Below are positions 36,690 to 45,987 of a DNA stretch of 61,823 nt, in pieces. The DNA is from a virus. Taxonomy: Duplodnaviria; Caudoviricetes. A model generated the notes under the pieces. The model made no database searches, was not told the DNA's origin, and saw nothing but the letters and a program-made list of their open reading frames with translations. Position 1 is the stretch's first letter, and each line of letters begins with the position of its first letter. Location: positions 1 to 61,823 of IMG/VR virus record IMGVR_UViG_3300022928_000025. The stretch is one strand, 5' to 3'. The translations under genes were made by a program, and so were the position numbers.

Positions 36690-36794
36690 ATGAAAAAGAA
36701 ATCATTCGAACTACTCATCGTTAACCTCACAGGCATAAGCTGCTGCGTACTCCTCGGCTTGTGGCTCGCCTTCCTACTCACATTACCCTTCTAA
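36690..36794 (+). CDS. 34-aa membrane peptide
   Basis: ACGGA RBS; MKKKSFELLIVNLTGISCCVLLGLWLAFLLTLPF. Confidence 0.5.
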   Translation: MKKKSFELLIVNLTGISCCVLLGLWLAFLLTLPF

Positions 36795-36812
36795 CTCATC
36801 GCTTTACTCGCG

Positions 36813-36840
36813 GCCCCCCGACAGGGGGGGCTTAGCGATT
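36813..36840 (+). terminator. GC hairpin, probable terminator
   Basis: GCCCCCC-GACAG-GGGGGGC after the first early genes; weak U-tract. Confidence 0.45.
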
Positions 36841-36859
36841 TGGCCTCTTTACGAGCCAG

Positions 36860-37342
36860 ATAAACGTGCATGTGTAAGCAATAAACGTGCATGGACACTT
36901 ATCAAGGGACACTTATCAAGGGACAAATGACAACGGGCAGGGGTCAATGGCCAAGAATCACGTAAATTGATCAAATATTAACCAATAACGGCCAATGTGT
37001 GTCAGAAAACGAGGTGTGTGTCAGGTTTTACGGTGATGTGGACAGATTTGTGTGACAAATGTTAGTGAACACTATCCCCTTAATACTCAACAACTTACCC
37101 TCAAAAAGGGCAAATGTGTGTCAGGTGTGCCACCTTTTTCAACTCTATTCTAATAATTTGTAATTCCTTTTTTTAAAAACGTTTTCTAGGGAACTCTATG
37201 AAAAAAGTTGTCCACTGGCACACACTTAAGAAAAAGTGACTTAAACCTATGATAACTATAAGAATAGCGTTTACTAACTTCTGGCACACAATCTGGCACA
37301 CATTTTCCAAAAGCTGGCACACAGCAACTTTTCTGGCACACA
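36860..37342. repeat. Iteron-like array, putative replication origin
   Basis: TGTGTGTCAG x3 on the left, CTGGCACACA x5 on the right (inverted), around an AT-rich core; also ATAAACGTGCATG x2 and GGACACTTATCAAG x2. Confidence 0.7.
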
Positions 37343-37371
37343 AGACCTTACAAACTACAAGGATATAAACC

Positions 37372-37584
37372 ATGACTATCTATGACGAATTCGAAAAAGT
37401 TAAGGGTACATTCCAACAGAAAGTACCCACATCAACACTTGGCAAGGTACAAGCGAGAGCTAATTACCTACTTCAACATGCCAAAGCTAACCCTGACGTC
37501 TGGGCACTTGGCCTCTTGGCTTTTGTCGTAGGTGACTTGTCAGATATCACTGAAGCCTTATCCGAATTAACTACCGAGGTGTAA
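37372..37584 (+). CDS. Small early protein (paralogue of 36463..36687)
   Basis: 'HAKANPDVWALGL..FVV.DLSD'. Confidence 0.65.
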   Translation: MTIYDEFEKVKGTFQQKVPTSTLGKVQARANYLLQHAKANPDVWALGLLAFVVGDLSDITEALSELTTEV

Positions 37585-37587
37585 CCC

Positions 37588-37779
37588 ATGAACCCTGAAA
37601 TTGTACGCTCGGCCTTCGGCCGTAAACTCATCGAGATCCACAACGATTGGTGCTTAACCAATAACCTTCCTCAAGCGATGCTTGACTATGAACACTTAAC
37701 AAGTGTCGACGAACCAGAGCTCGTGTCAGGTGAGCATTACTTCCCTTATAAGGAAACTCAACATGATCAAACCACATAA
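37588..37779 (+). CDS. Hypothetical protein
   Basis: GAGGTG RBS; 63 aa. Confidence 0.6.
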   Translation: MNPEIVRSAFGRKLIEIHNDWCLTNNLPQAMLDYEHLTSVDEPELVSGEHYFPYKETQHDQTT

Positions 37780-38062
37780 CTATTTTAGTTTTTACAGAGC
37801 AGACGTAGTCGCCGAATGCTGGGACGATGTCCCAGACGCGCTATATCGTACTCTCTGGAACGATATCGTACCCGTCCAAGAAGAGCTTGGCGAAGTCCCC
37901 GAAGTGGGAGTCGCAGCACTGTCTGACTATTGGCACCTGCTGTCTGAAACTGATCAAACACTCCTCAACACCCTCGCAGCAAATATTGAAGCTGAGTGGG
38001 AACAAAAAGATGAGTTAGAAGAAAAAGAAGAGTGGGACGAAACAGGCGATATCCCCTACTAA
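37763..38062 (+). CDS. Acidic hypothetical protein
   Basis: ATG after AAGGA RBS; acidic C-terminus. Confidence 0.6.
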   Translation: MIKPHNYFSFYRADVVAECWDDVPDALYRTLWNDIVPVQEELGEVPEVGVAALSDYWHLLSETDQTLLNTLAANIEAEWEQKDELEEKEEWDETGDIPY

Positions 38063-38156
38063 CCCTCCCCCGCAGAATAACAACTCGATCCTCCGGCTCT
38101 CGTCAGTCGGTATTAATTAATAAGTTAGTTCTATATGTCTCTATATAGTTCTATCT

Positions 38157-38190
38157 TATTAGTTGTACTAATAAATTCATTAGCTAATAT
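38157..38190 (+). promoter_or_regulatory. Operator/promoter with palindrome TATTAG-TTGTA-CTAATA
   Basis: Palindrome covers a TTGTAC -35; TAATAT -10 downstream. Confidence 0.65.
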
Positions 38191-38202
38191 AAAGGTAACG
38201 CT

Positions 38203-38349
38203 ATGAACAAAATTATAAACCTCCACGTTGACCACTGGCACTTGGTATTTGACGTCGAAGAAGAGCAAGTGCACCCAAAGACCTTTGACGACTATGTCGA
38301 AGAGCTTTTCATGAAAGAAGTAGAGCAGTACGAAGCAGTATCAATTTAA
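38203..38349 (+). CDS. 48-aa acidic protein (not in ORF track)
   Basis: AAGG RBS; MNKIINLHVDHWHLVFDVEEEQ... Confidence 0.5.
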   Translation: MNKIINLHVDHWHLVFDVEEEQVHPKTFDDYVEELFMKEVEQYEAVSI

Positions 38350-38383
38350 AACTTATCAATAATCTATGTAGAGATGATCAATT

Positions 38384-39160
38384 ATGGCTAATTCAGCAAA
38401 AGTAGCACCTTACGTATACCCTAAAAACCTTGACGCAGACCGTCCAGAGCTCGTCAACCCCAACGAAACAGAACCAGATCACTATCGTGCAGACACGATC
38501 GCAGACCCAGAGGGCGCGCGTATCCGTGACAACGTCAAGTATCTCGGCTTCCCGAAGTTCGTACTAGATAACTTCTATGACGACACCAAGAACTTGTGGG
38601 GTAAGCCCAACAAGTCAAACGCACAGATGCTGCGTCCGACAGATGTACACATTCAAGAGTGCATCGGGTTCTCAACTATCACCGACGAGGACGACGTCGC
38701 CATGAACCGCATGGCATACGGCACCCACGGCGATGCAATTACACAAGTACGCGACGCGTACATCACCATACTCGACACAATCGAGTCCACCATGCACTTC
38801 GAGATCATGAAACAGGTTGCGAACATCACAACCAACATGCTCGCCAAGCGCGCCATTGCAAAAGCCACGTATAACGCAGCCACTGGACGCGTGACAGAGT
38901 CACACGAGTCAGTGCCAGAGTACATCGAGAACTTACAGACTCGCATGTTCGAAGCGTCAGCTAACGCAGGTATGTGGCGCGCCATACACGCAGACTTGTG
39001 GACTCACCTTAACTGGCAGAAGGCACCGCTCTATTACGTAGACAATGCCATCAAGATGGATCTGCACCAGAAAGCGTCGTACTTCGACAAGACTTACCGC
39101 CCAGTCGCCCCAGCGACCGCCACGGTAGACGACCTCAAGAAGTTCACTATCGCTTGTTAA
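38384..39160 (+). CDS. Hypothetical protein, probably highly expressed
   Basis: 258 aa; C-ending codon bias; followed by a terminator. Confidence 0.75.
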   Translation: MANSAKVAPYVYPKNLDADRPELVNPNETEPDHYRADTIADPEGARIRDNVKYLGFPKFVLDNFYDDTKNLWGKPNKSNAQMLRPTDVHIQECIGFSTITDEDDVAMNRMAYGTHGDAITQVRDAYITILDTIESTMHFEIMKQVANITTNMLAKRAIAKATYNAATGRVTESHESVPEYIENLQTRMFEASANAGMWRAIHADLWTHLNWQKAPLYYVDNAIKMDLHQKASYFDKTYRPVAPATATVDDLKKFTIAC

Positions 39161-39167
39161 CACTTAA

Positions 39168-39203
39168 CCCTTGCCGAGTTAACCGCTCGGCAGGGGTCCT
39201 TTA
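39168..39203 (+). terminator. Rho-independent terminator
   Basis: CCCTTGCCGAG-TTAACCG-CTCGGCAGGGG then TCCTTT. Confidence 0.6.
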
Positions 39204-39869
39204 AACCCAGGACACTACGTGCAGGAGGACTACGTGCGCATGACAAACCTTGAACTCATAGAGCTGCTTGATAAGACCACACAAAAAATAAATGAACAGG
39301 GACGCATCGTTGATGATCACCTGCTGCAACGAAAGCGGAACTTAGAAGCTGTGCTGCAAGAGCAGCGTCAGTTGGAACAGAAAGTAAAACAACAACAGCT
39401 AGAACTGGCTCAGATATTCGGAGCTCGGGAGGCCCAATGATTGTAGAACAGGTCAGCAAAGACTTTTGGCGCTTAACAGTTGGTCATGGATGCAGACAGC
39501 TTGTCTTCTTCTCCACTAACAGTGCAGAAGAGGTACAGAACAAATGGCAGCGCTACGTGCGTGACTTGGACTTTGATAAATACCGAGTAACAAGTTCACC
39601 TTTATGGCACGCACTGGAACATTACGATTTAAAGGACTTCAACTAATGACACAACGCTTGGACATGCAGCCTAAATGGATAATAAAAATTCAGCAGCTAA
39701 TCACAGTAATAGAAAACCCAGAAGCAGACCCACAGCGCGTTGCTGAAGCACGCGAATCACTTATTAACTTAGCAACTTATGTAGACCTAATGAACTCATT
39801 ACAAATAGGAGTGTTTGAAGAAACAGTTACGTTCTCTGATGACCCCGTCATGCTCCACTGAGCAAGGAA

Positions 39870-40454
39870 ATGAAAATGAATATGACACTAGATGAATTAG
39901 TAAACGCACAGATTAGAGACTATTTGAGCAGCGAAGATTTTATAAATAAGTACGACACCGAACAATTGGTAAAAGACGAAGTTGAAAATCAAATGTCTGA
40001 CTACTTGAATTCCTATGATGCCGACGAAAAGTACGCAACCACTGAGTACGTCGACGAAGAGATTCGAGAACAGGTTCGATGCGTCATTGACTCCGATGAA
40101 TACGCCACTGAAGAATTCGTTCGTGACCTGTGCTCGATGGTACAAGCAGAGCTGAAGGCAACGGAACAAGTTATTGACGTTGTCTATAAACAAATGCACG
40201 AGTTAAGAAAAGAACTACACCTCGAAGGGCTGGTCCCAGCAGAAAAAGAAAAACCCGTTAATCAGCTCGATCAGTTTATACATCCTCACGGCTTGATTGC
40301 TGGTTACAACAACTTAGAAACATTAACAAGCTTCATGGGGGCCTCTCTCTCCGACCCATCACAAAAGCAACTGGTCATAGCAATGGTGCTCGCTACCGCA
40401 CGAAATCTAATCCAGGAGCAACTCGACAATGATCACAAAGAAATTGGAGGCTGA
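39870..40454 (+). CDS. Acidic helical hypothetical protein with YATxExV repeats
   Basis: 194-aa ORF with RBS. Confidence 0.65.
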   Translation: MKMNMTLDELVNAQIRDYLSSEDFINKYDTEQLVKDEVENQMSDYLNSYDADEKYATTEYVDEEIREQVRCVIDSDEYATEEFVRDLCSMVQAELKATEQVIDVVYKQMHELRKELHLEGLVPAEKEKPVNQLDQFIHPHGLIAGYNNLETLTSFMGASLSDPSQKQLVIAMVLATARNLIQEQLDNDHKEIGG

Positions 40455-40850
40455 GTCATGAACCAAAACATTTATGTGAACACTGTGGCATATATGGAGA
40501 AGCCTCAGTCTTGGTCAAGCCCAATTGCTACTTTCGCAAGTGAAGAGCTTTACGCTTTGTGCGCGCCGACTATTGAAAAGTGGATAGCAGAGCAAAGTCC
40601 AAATTTCATACTTTCGGAAACTTGCGAGATTAACAAACTAATAACGTTATAGGAGCAACTTGACAATGATCACTAGACAGCAACGCGTAGCCCTACACCG
40701 TGTATGGCTGCGTAACGACCAAGGAAAAACGTACCGACAATTTAGGAAGTCTGCCACAACCGGCATTGGCATGGACTGCGTCATCGTTCGCTGGTCAGGT
40801 ATTTGGCTTGGTATCGAGTACGACGGGTACACACACAGTTAGGAGTGACT

Positions 40851-41021
40851 ATGCCAAAACCAAAAATCTCAAACGGTAGGCCGTGTGAAATATGCAATGT
40901 ATTCATCAGAGCAATTAAAGGCGCGATTCTGTGCGAGCCCTGCCAAGAACAAGTCATTAAATTAAATCAACTTTGGACGAGGCCGTCATCTGATGCCACG
41001 CACGAATCAGCGAACCGGTAA
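40851..41021 (+). CDS. Zinc-ribbon protein
   Basis: AGGAG RBS; CEIC...CEPC. Confidence 0.6.
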   Translation: MPKPKISNGRPCEICNVFIRAIKGAILCEPCQEQVIKLNQLWTRPSSDATHESANR

Positions 41022-41169
41022 AAACTGCGAAAACTGCGGCGCTCTTATCCCTTATCAAGATTTCTTTTGTAAACCTTGTAAAGAGATGAGCACATTACTT
41101 CATAAACCTTGGAGAAAAACGTATGGACATAAATTGCAGGCACTGTGGCGAGCCTTGGGACGCAAGTGA
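40993..41169 (+). CDS. Zinc-ribbon protein (not in ORF track)
   Basis: MPRTNQRTGKNCENCGALIPYQDFFCKPCKE... Confidence 0.55.
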   Translation: MPRTNQRTGKNCENCGALIPYQDFFCKPCKEMSTLLHKPWRKTYGHKLQALWRALGRK

Positions 41170-41380
41170 GCTACATGAATTTGGTGATTATCACACACGA
41201 GCAGCTCTGTTTGCTCAACACGGATGTGGGGCATTTGACAGTGAAGACCCGACACTTGTTACTAAATGCAGTAACGAAGTTTATGACCAACAATTAGCTG
41301 ATATATCCGCAGCATTACAGGACGACAGTGATTACCCTGACGAATGGATAGACGCAGATGCTTACAGGAGAATGTTATGA
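41123..41380 (+). CDS. Cys-containing hypothetical protein
   Basis: MDINCRHCGEPWD...GCGA...C. Confidence 0.65.
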   Translation: MDINCRHCGEPWDASELHEFGDYHTRAALFAQHGCGAFDSEDPTLVTKCSNEVYDQQLADISAALQDDSDYPDEWIDADAYRRML

Positions 41381-41882
41381 ATTTAGATAAAGCGCTACAA
41401 CAAGTAGACGGCGAATTAATAAAAGTTTTAGACATTCGTCCAGCAGGCGTAGACACCTACCCTACCGCAATAGTTGTCGTTAAACGAAACACAAAACTAC
41501 ACCCTTACGTGACCTGGCGCGCAGTTGATTCATCACGAGACGGAGTCCCAGCGCATTTTCTATCTGGTAATTACTGCGAGACTCTTGAAGAAGCCCTTCA
41601 AGACACCCGTAAAGCATAGAATGACGTCCCCACGGAATGAGAATGAGTCTTGGGAATTCGAACTGCAAGGCGAACATCTTCGCGTCTATTGGAATGGTGG
41701 CATCCATTTCAGCCTTCAACACTTAATAGATAGCCAATGGCACACCCGCCATACCTTCACACGAATTGGTATCCAAACCTCAAGCCAAGCGTGTTCCTAC
41801 GCCCTCAAATATATAAATGACATTAACACTAGTCCCTTGGTAAGCCCCAAAGGCAAGCTAAGTCCAATATGGAAATTCAATT

Positions 41883-42158
41883 ATGAAAAAGACTATGGAG
41901 TTCTATGACTTCCGCAGAATTTTTAAAGAGCATCGCCCAGACAATTTCACTGACGATGGTTTGATTGCTCTATGGCGAGTCCTAGAGGAATTTGAAGAAG
42001 AAATGGGCGTGGAGATGGATTTTAATCTAGCTGACATTTCCTGCTCTTACGCAGAATATGCGTCCCCCAAAGAACACGCCGAAGAAGCTAGCGATTACAA
42101 CCATGTTCTAGTTGCTACCACCGCCACCGGCGGCTTAATAGTGAGGAAGACTAGCTGA
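41883..42158 (+). CDS. Acidic hypothetical protein
   Basis: 'RPDNFT..GL.AL...LEE.EE...DISCSYAEY'. Confidence 0.6.
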   Translation: MKKTMEFYDFRRIFKEHRPDNFTDDGLIALWRVLEEFEEEMGVEMDFNLADISCSYAEYASPKEHAEEASDYNHVLVATTATGGLIVRKTS

Positions 42159-43849
42159 TGAACACCATAGACATGAATGTTATCTGGAATGCCCTGCAGT
42201 GCTATCGAGAAGACTGTATACCTGAAAGTGACCCATTTTACGACGATGAGTGGGATCAAATCTGTACTCAAATGGCATGGATACACGAAGCGTTAGGGAT
42301 TGATTATGACGAACCTATTTCTCCAAGGCTTATGAAAAAATATTCAAATATTAAAGTCGGCTCTATTGTCACACTGAACAACTTAGAGGACGCCGTGCAA
42401 TGGAAAGTAGTAGAACGTGACGACTTCATTATAGGTGTTAAATCAGTTCGAGAAATGCACATCCGTAATTTAGTCACTCAATTTACCGACGTCTCTTGCG
42501 TCGCAAAAGTAATTGGAGACACAGAATGACCACCTATAAATGGACCGTAACAGCCCTTGATATCGCACCAACAAAAATAGTTATCGCTGGCTCCGATTTC
42601 TCTCGAAGAATTGCTGACGAGATATCTGACGCCTTGCATGACTATGCAGTTGACGCTGGCTTTGAACCCTCGGCAATTGCATGGTCTATCCACGCGGAGA
42701 TTGATCAGCAAAAAGACTCTATTGAGGAGAACGAGTAATGAACGAACTAGATTACTCAACGTGGGAAACACATGACCTTAAAAGTTTGCTAGATGAAATA
42801 ACCGAGATCTACAAAGATCGTTTAGCAAACCTCGTAATTGAGCAGATAAAACAAGATATCCAAAACGGAGATTGGACTGCTATCCACCAATTGTTGATGC
42901 TTGTTTCTATCCAATATTTAGAAGGCTATCTACCAGAAGAGGAGAACGAGTAATGTCTTCACTAATTCCAGCTACATATTACGGTAACACCGCCGAAGAG
43001 TGTCGTCACATAATTGCTAGTTACCTTCACTACACACAATTTGGAAAAGTTATTGAAGAGCATCCTAATAAATATGAAAGCCTTGCGCCTTTTGAAGGAT
43101 GGTGGAACGAGTATATATCCGATGAAGAACCTAACTTTTTAGAGGAGCAAGTGTAATGGCTACAATTACTTGGATTAACGAGCTAGATTCACAGGCTACT
43201 GACTTTATAGCGGAAGTAGTCCTCGAAGAATTGCAAGATAGAGGCGTTAACGCTACAGAAATTTCATTTCGCATCGAAGTGGAATACGAGGAGGAATTGT
43301 AATGTGTCATTTCGATGAAAAAACTCAAACGCTTCAAGACCCTTGGTCGGTGGACGATGTACAGAATCAAAGACCCGATCTTAACCATGAGCAATCTGTC
43401 GAGGTGCTTGCTTTTATAGCGGATCGCTTTGACGCAAACATCGGTATCAATTGGGATGTTATAGATTCCGCAGCCGATAATTTGTATCCAGAGGAAGACG
43501 AGGTATGAGGTGGGAAATTTTGTTTCGGTGGAATGACGAGCTAAACGACCCGCCGCGAACGGCGATAGTCTCAGACGACCCGTTGTCCTTGAAGGACGAC
43601 ACAGTTATGTACACGCTAGACGAAAACGAAGTAGCAAATGGCGTAATTGGCGATTACCTTGATTTTAGAATTATACAAGCGAGAGCGGAATGAGTAACGT
43701 TGATTACAGAGACTACGCTTTAGAAGGCGTGGAGAACGGCTTCTTTAATGCCGAGCATTTGCTGTTTTGCTGCCTCAAGTATATGTCGCAAGACGACGTC
43801 AGAGACATGTTAGAAATTAACGAGTATCCCTTATGGAAGGAAGGCAATA

Positions 43850-45169
43850 ATGAAGCATGTAAGCTACACGACCTCGAAACAAACAGCCCGTAGTACACGC
43901 GTTTGGATAGAAGGCGAAGCCCTTACCCGATCAGGTTTTACAGTAGGCACCCCAATAGGCGTTGCCTTCAACAAAGAAAACAAAGAAGTTGTCATCTTTA
44001 AAGATGCTAACTCTACCCGCAAAGTCACCAACAGCAGTCGCAATGGTAAGTCACGCCCTATCATCGACTTGCACAACAAAGATATTCAAGACGTATTCCC
44101 CGCTGGAACTCGCGTTGTAGTCATGTATGCCGACGGCAACATACTCATGAAACACAACCACGAGGACCAAGCCAAAGACGAGCGAGAGAAGCGCTTGGCA
44201 CTTAACATCGAAACTAAAAAGTTGACCACAGCCTCGATGTTTACTGGTGGCGGCATCTCCCACGAGGCCATCCACCAAGCGGTGACCGACCAGGATATTA
44301 CGTGCAGCACAGCATGGATTGCCGAGGCCGAGGTTAAGTACAGCGAGTCAGCCCTTGGCAATTGCCTCTCGATCACTGACGACACGGTTATGTTATCCGG
44401 CACTGTCGAAGAGATAGAAGACATCTACTATAAAAAGGTAGATATCCTCAGCTTCTCCATGCCCTGCGCTGGCTTTAGCAAAGCAGGTAAGGTCAAGCAC
44501 AACCTCTCGTCAGAAGAACACAGCGGCACTGCCCTCTTCGGCGTCTATAACGCCCTTAAGATGGCTAACCCCGCCATAGTGATCAGCGAGAATGTAACCG
44601 AGGCCCAAGACTCTCCCATGTACACACTCCTCAGATGCGAATTACAGCGTCGGGGGTACAAAGTGTTCGAGCAAGTCCTGGATTCTTCCTACACCGATTC
44701 TTTAGAGAATAGAAAGCGGTACTGGCTTGTAGGTATATCAGAAGGTATTGCCCCTGAATCATTAGCCCTTGACCCTGTACAAGCGTCTAACCGCCTCTTA
44801 TCGAGTGTCTTGCAGCCCGTGCCTGAGCAGGAATGGAAAGATCATACTTACCTAAAAGACAAAGCCATCACTGACGCAGCTGCAGGCAAAGGCTTCGCTA
44901 AGCGTCAGTTACTTAATGGCTCTGAAACTCGAATAGGCACTATCGGTAGGTTCTATGCCAAGCGCCGAAGTACTGAGCCGTTCATGACCCGAGAGGATGG
45001 TAAAGAGAGATTATTGACTCCAATCGAGCACGCAGCGGTTAAGTCAGTGCCTGCTCACCTTATAGCAGGTAACAGCACGACAACTGCCCATGAAATTCTT
45101 GGTCAGTCAGTTGATTACTTGCAGCCCTACAAACTAATGCAATTAATATATTCATCTATTTATAAGTAA
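43850..45169 (+). CDS. C5 cytosine DNA methyltransferase with an N-terminal extension
   Basis: Motif I FTGGG, IV PCAGFS, VI ENV, VIII ENRKR, X GQSV. Confidence 0.85.
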   Translation: MKHVSYTTSKQTARSTRVWIEGEALTRSGFTVGTPIGVAFNKENKEVVIFKDANSTRKVTNSSRNGKSRPIIDLHNKDIQDVFPAGTRVVVMYADGNILMKHNHEDQAKDEREKRLALNIETKKLTTASMFTGGGISHEAIHQAVTDQDITCSTAWIAEAEVKYSESALGNCLSITDDTVMLSGTVEEIEDIYYKKVDILSFSMPCAGFSKAGKVKHNLSSEEHSGTALFGVYNALKMANPAIVISENVTEAQDSPMYTLLRCELQRRGYKVFEQVLDSSYTDSLENRKRYWLVGISEGIAPESLALDPVQASNRLLSSVLQPVPEQEWKDHTYLKDKAITDAAAGKGFAKRQLLNGSETRIGTIGRFYAKRRSTEPFMTREDGKERLLTPIEHAAVKSVPAHLIAGNSTTTAHEILGQSVDYLQPYKLMQLIYSSIYK

Positions 45170-45184
45170 TACTGATATTTACTA

Positions 45185-45213
45185 TTGACCATAACTATTA
45201 GCAACGCTAATAT
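45185..45213 (+). promoter_or_regulatory. Operator/promoter TTGACC-17-TAATAT with palindrome TATTAG-CAACG-CTAATA
   Basis: Upstream of the replication operon; degenerate second copy at 45161-45177. Confidence 0.75.
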
Positions 45214-45232
45214 CATAACCCTTGGAGGTTGC

Positions 45233-45448
45233 ATGGAAACGCAAGAATACCTTTCCCTCGCAGAACAGCTGGATTCTCAGCTTCGCCAAGATCAGCACCA
45301 GTTTGAGTTGTACTCGTTTATGACGGTATGGCTCAAATCTAGGATGCCTAATCTATATACCGAGCTAGAAGCCGACTTCAGGAGGATAGAGCCGAATGTC
45401 TATTCAGTACACGCAGCAAGAGATAATTCCATCGACCATCCCTTTTAG
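45233..45448 (+). CDS. Hypothetical protein
   Basis: ATG after GGAGG. Confidence 0.6.
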   Translation: METQEYLSLAEQLDSQLRQDQHQFELYSFMTVWLKSRMPNLYTELEADFRRIEPNVYSVHAARDNSIDHPF

Positions 45449-45749
45449 CAAAACATTTGCTAAAATTATGTATGCCAATTCACGGCATGTAAGCTCACAT
45501 GATTGGTCTTTGTTACCTAACACCCCACTTATAAGTATTATTAGTGATGATGTTGATACTTATTTCTTGCTCGTACCGGAAGACAGTTATCACCTTCACC
45601 AAAGCCTCATAGACTTTGGATTCTCATTCGCGTTTGTTTCTCTGTTGCAGGTAGCAGTTAGAAACAGCGCTGCGTGGATACACTTCTCACCTACAAACCC
45701 ATTGATTTCCGGCATTCATGTGTTCTCACAAGAGGACATTGTTCAATGA
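45396..45749 (+). CDS. Hypothetical protein
   Basis: 117-aa ORF in the operon; start uncertain. Confidence 0.5.
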   Translation: MSIQYTQQEIIPSTIPFSKTFAKIMYANSRHVSSHDWSLLPNTPLISIISDDVDTYFLLVPEDSYHLHQSLIDFGFSFAFVSLLQVAVRNSAAWIHFSPTNPLISGIHVFSQEDIVQ

Positions 45750-45976
45750 GTTCTTTCACCGCACAAATTCAAGAGAAAGACGAAGACCGCCAAAGAATAG
45801 AATCCCATATACAGGCCTATTTAGCAGCGGGCGGCACTATCACTCAAGTGCCCCGTGGCTATATGGCCAAACATGCCGAAGATGATTATATAGATAGAAA
45901 GCGTGCCGCTGAGAATTCACTCAAGCTTCGGTTCTCTTTTAATTCCAGTAACAAAGATCGAAATCTAACCCATTAA
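45746..45976 (+). CDS. SutA-like RNA-polymerase-binding domain protein
   Basis: 'RQRIESHIQAYLAAGGTITQVP' resembles the SutA C-terminal 'EFL.RGG.VQ' motif. Confidence 0.55.
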   Translation: MSSFTAQIQEKDEDRQRIESHIQAYLAAGGTITQVPRGYMAKHAEDDYIDRKRAAENSLKLRFSFNSSNKDRNLTH

Positions 45977-45987
45977 GGAGAGTTACT

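Larger units (their letters stand above)
39219..43893 (+). other. Array of about 20 small, mostly acidic early hypothetical genes
   Basis: Translationally coupled ORFs of about 48-194 aa with GGAG RBSs and TAATG/ATGA overlaps. Confidence 0.75.

Noticed and set aside
36996-37342. CRISPR array
   Set aside because: The repeats are 10 bp, irregularly spaced and in both orientations.
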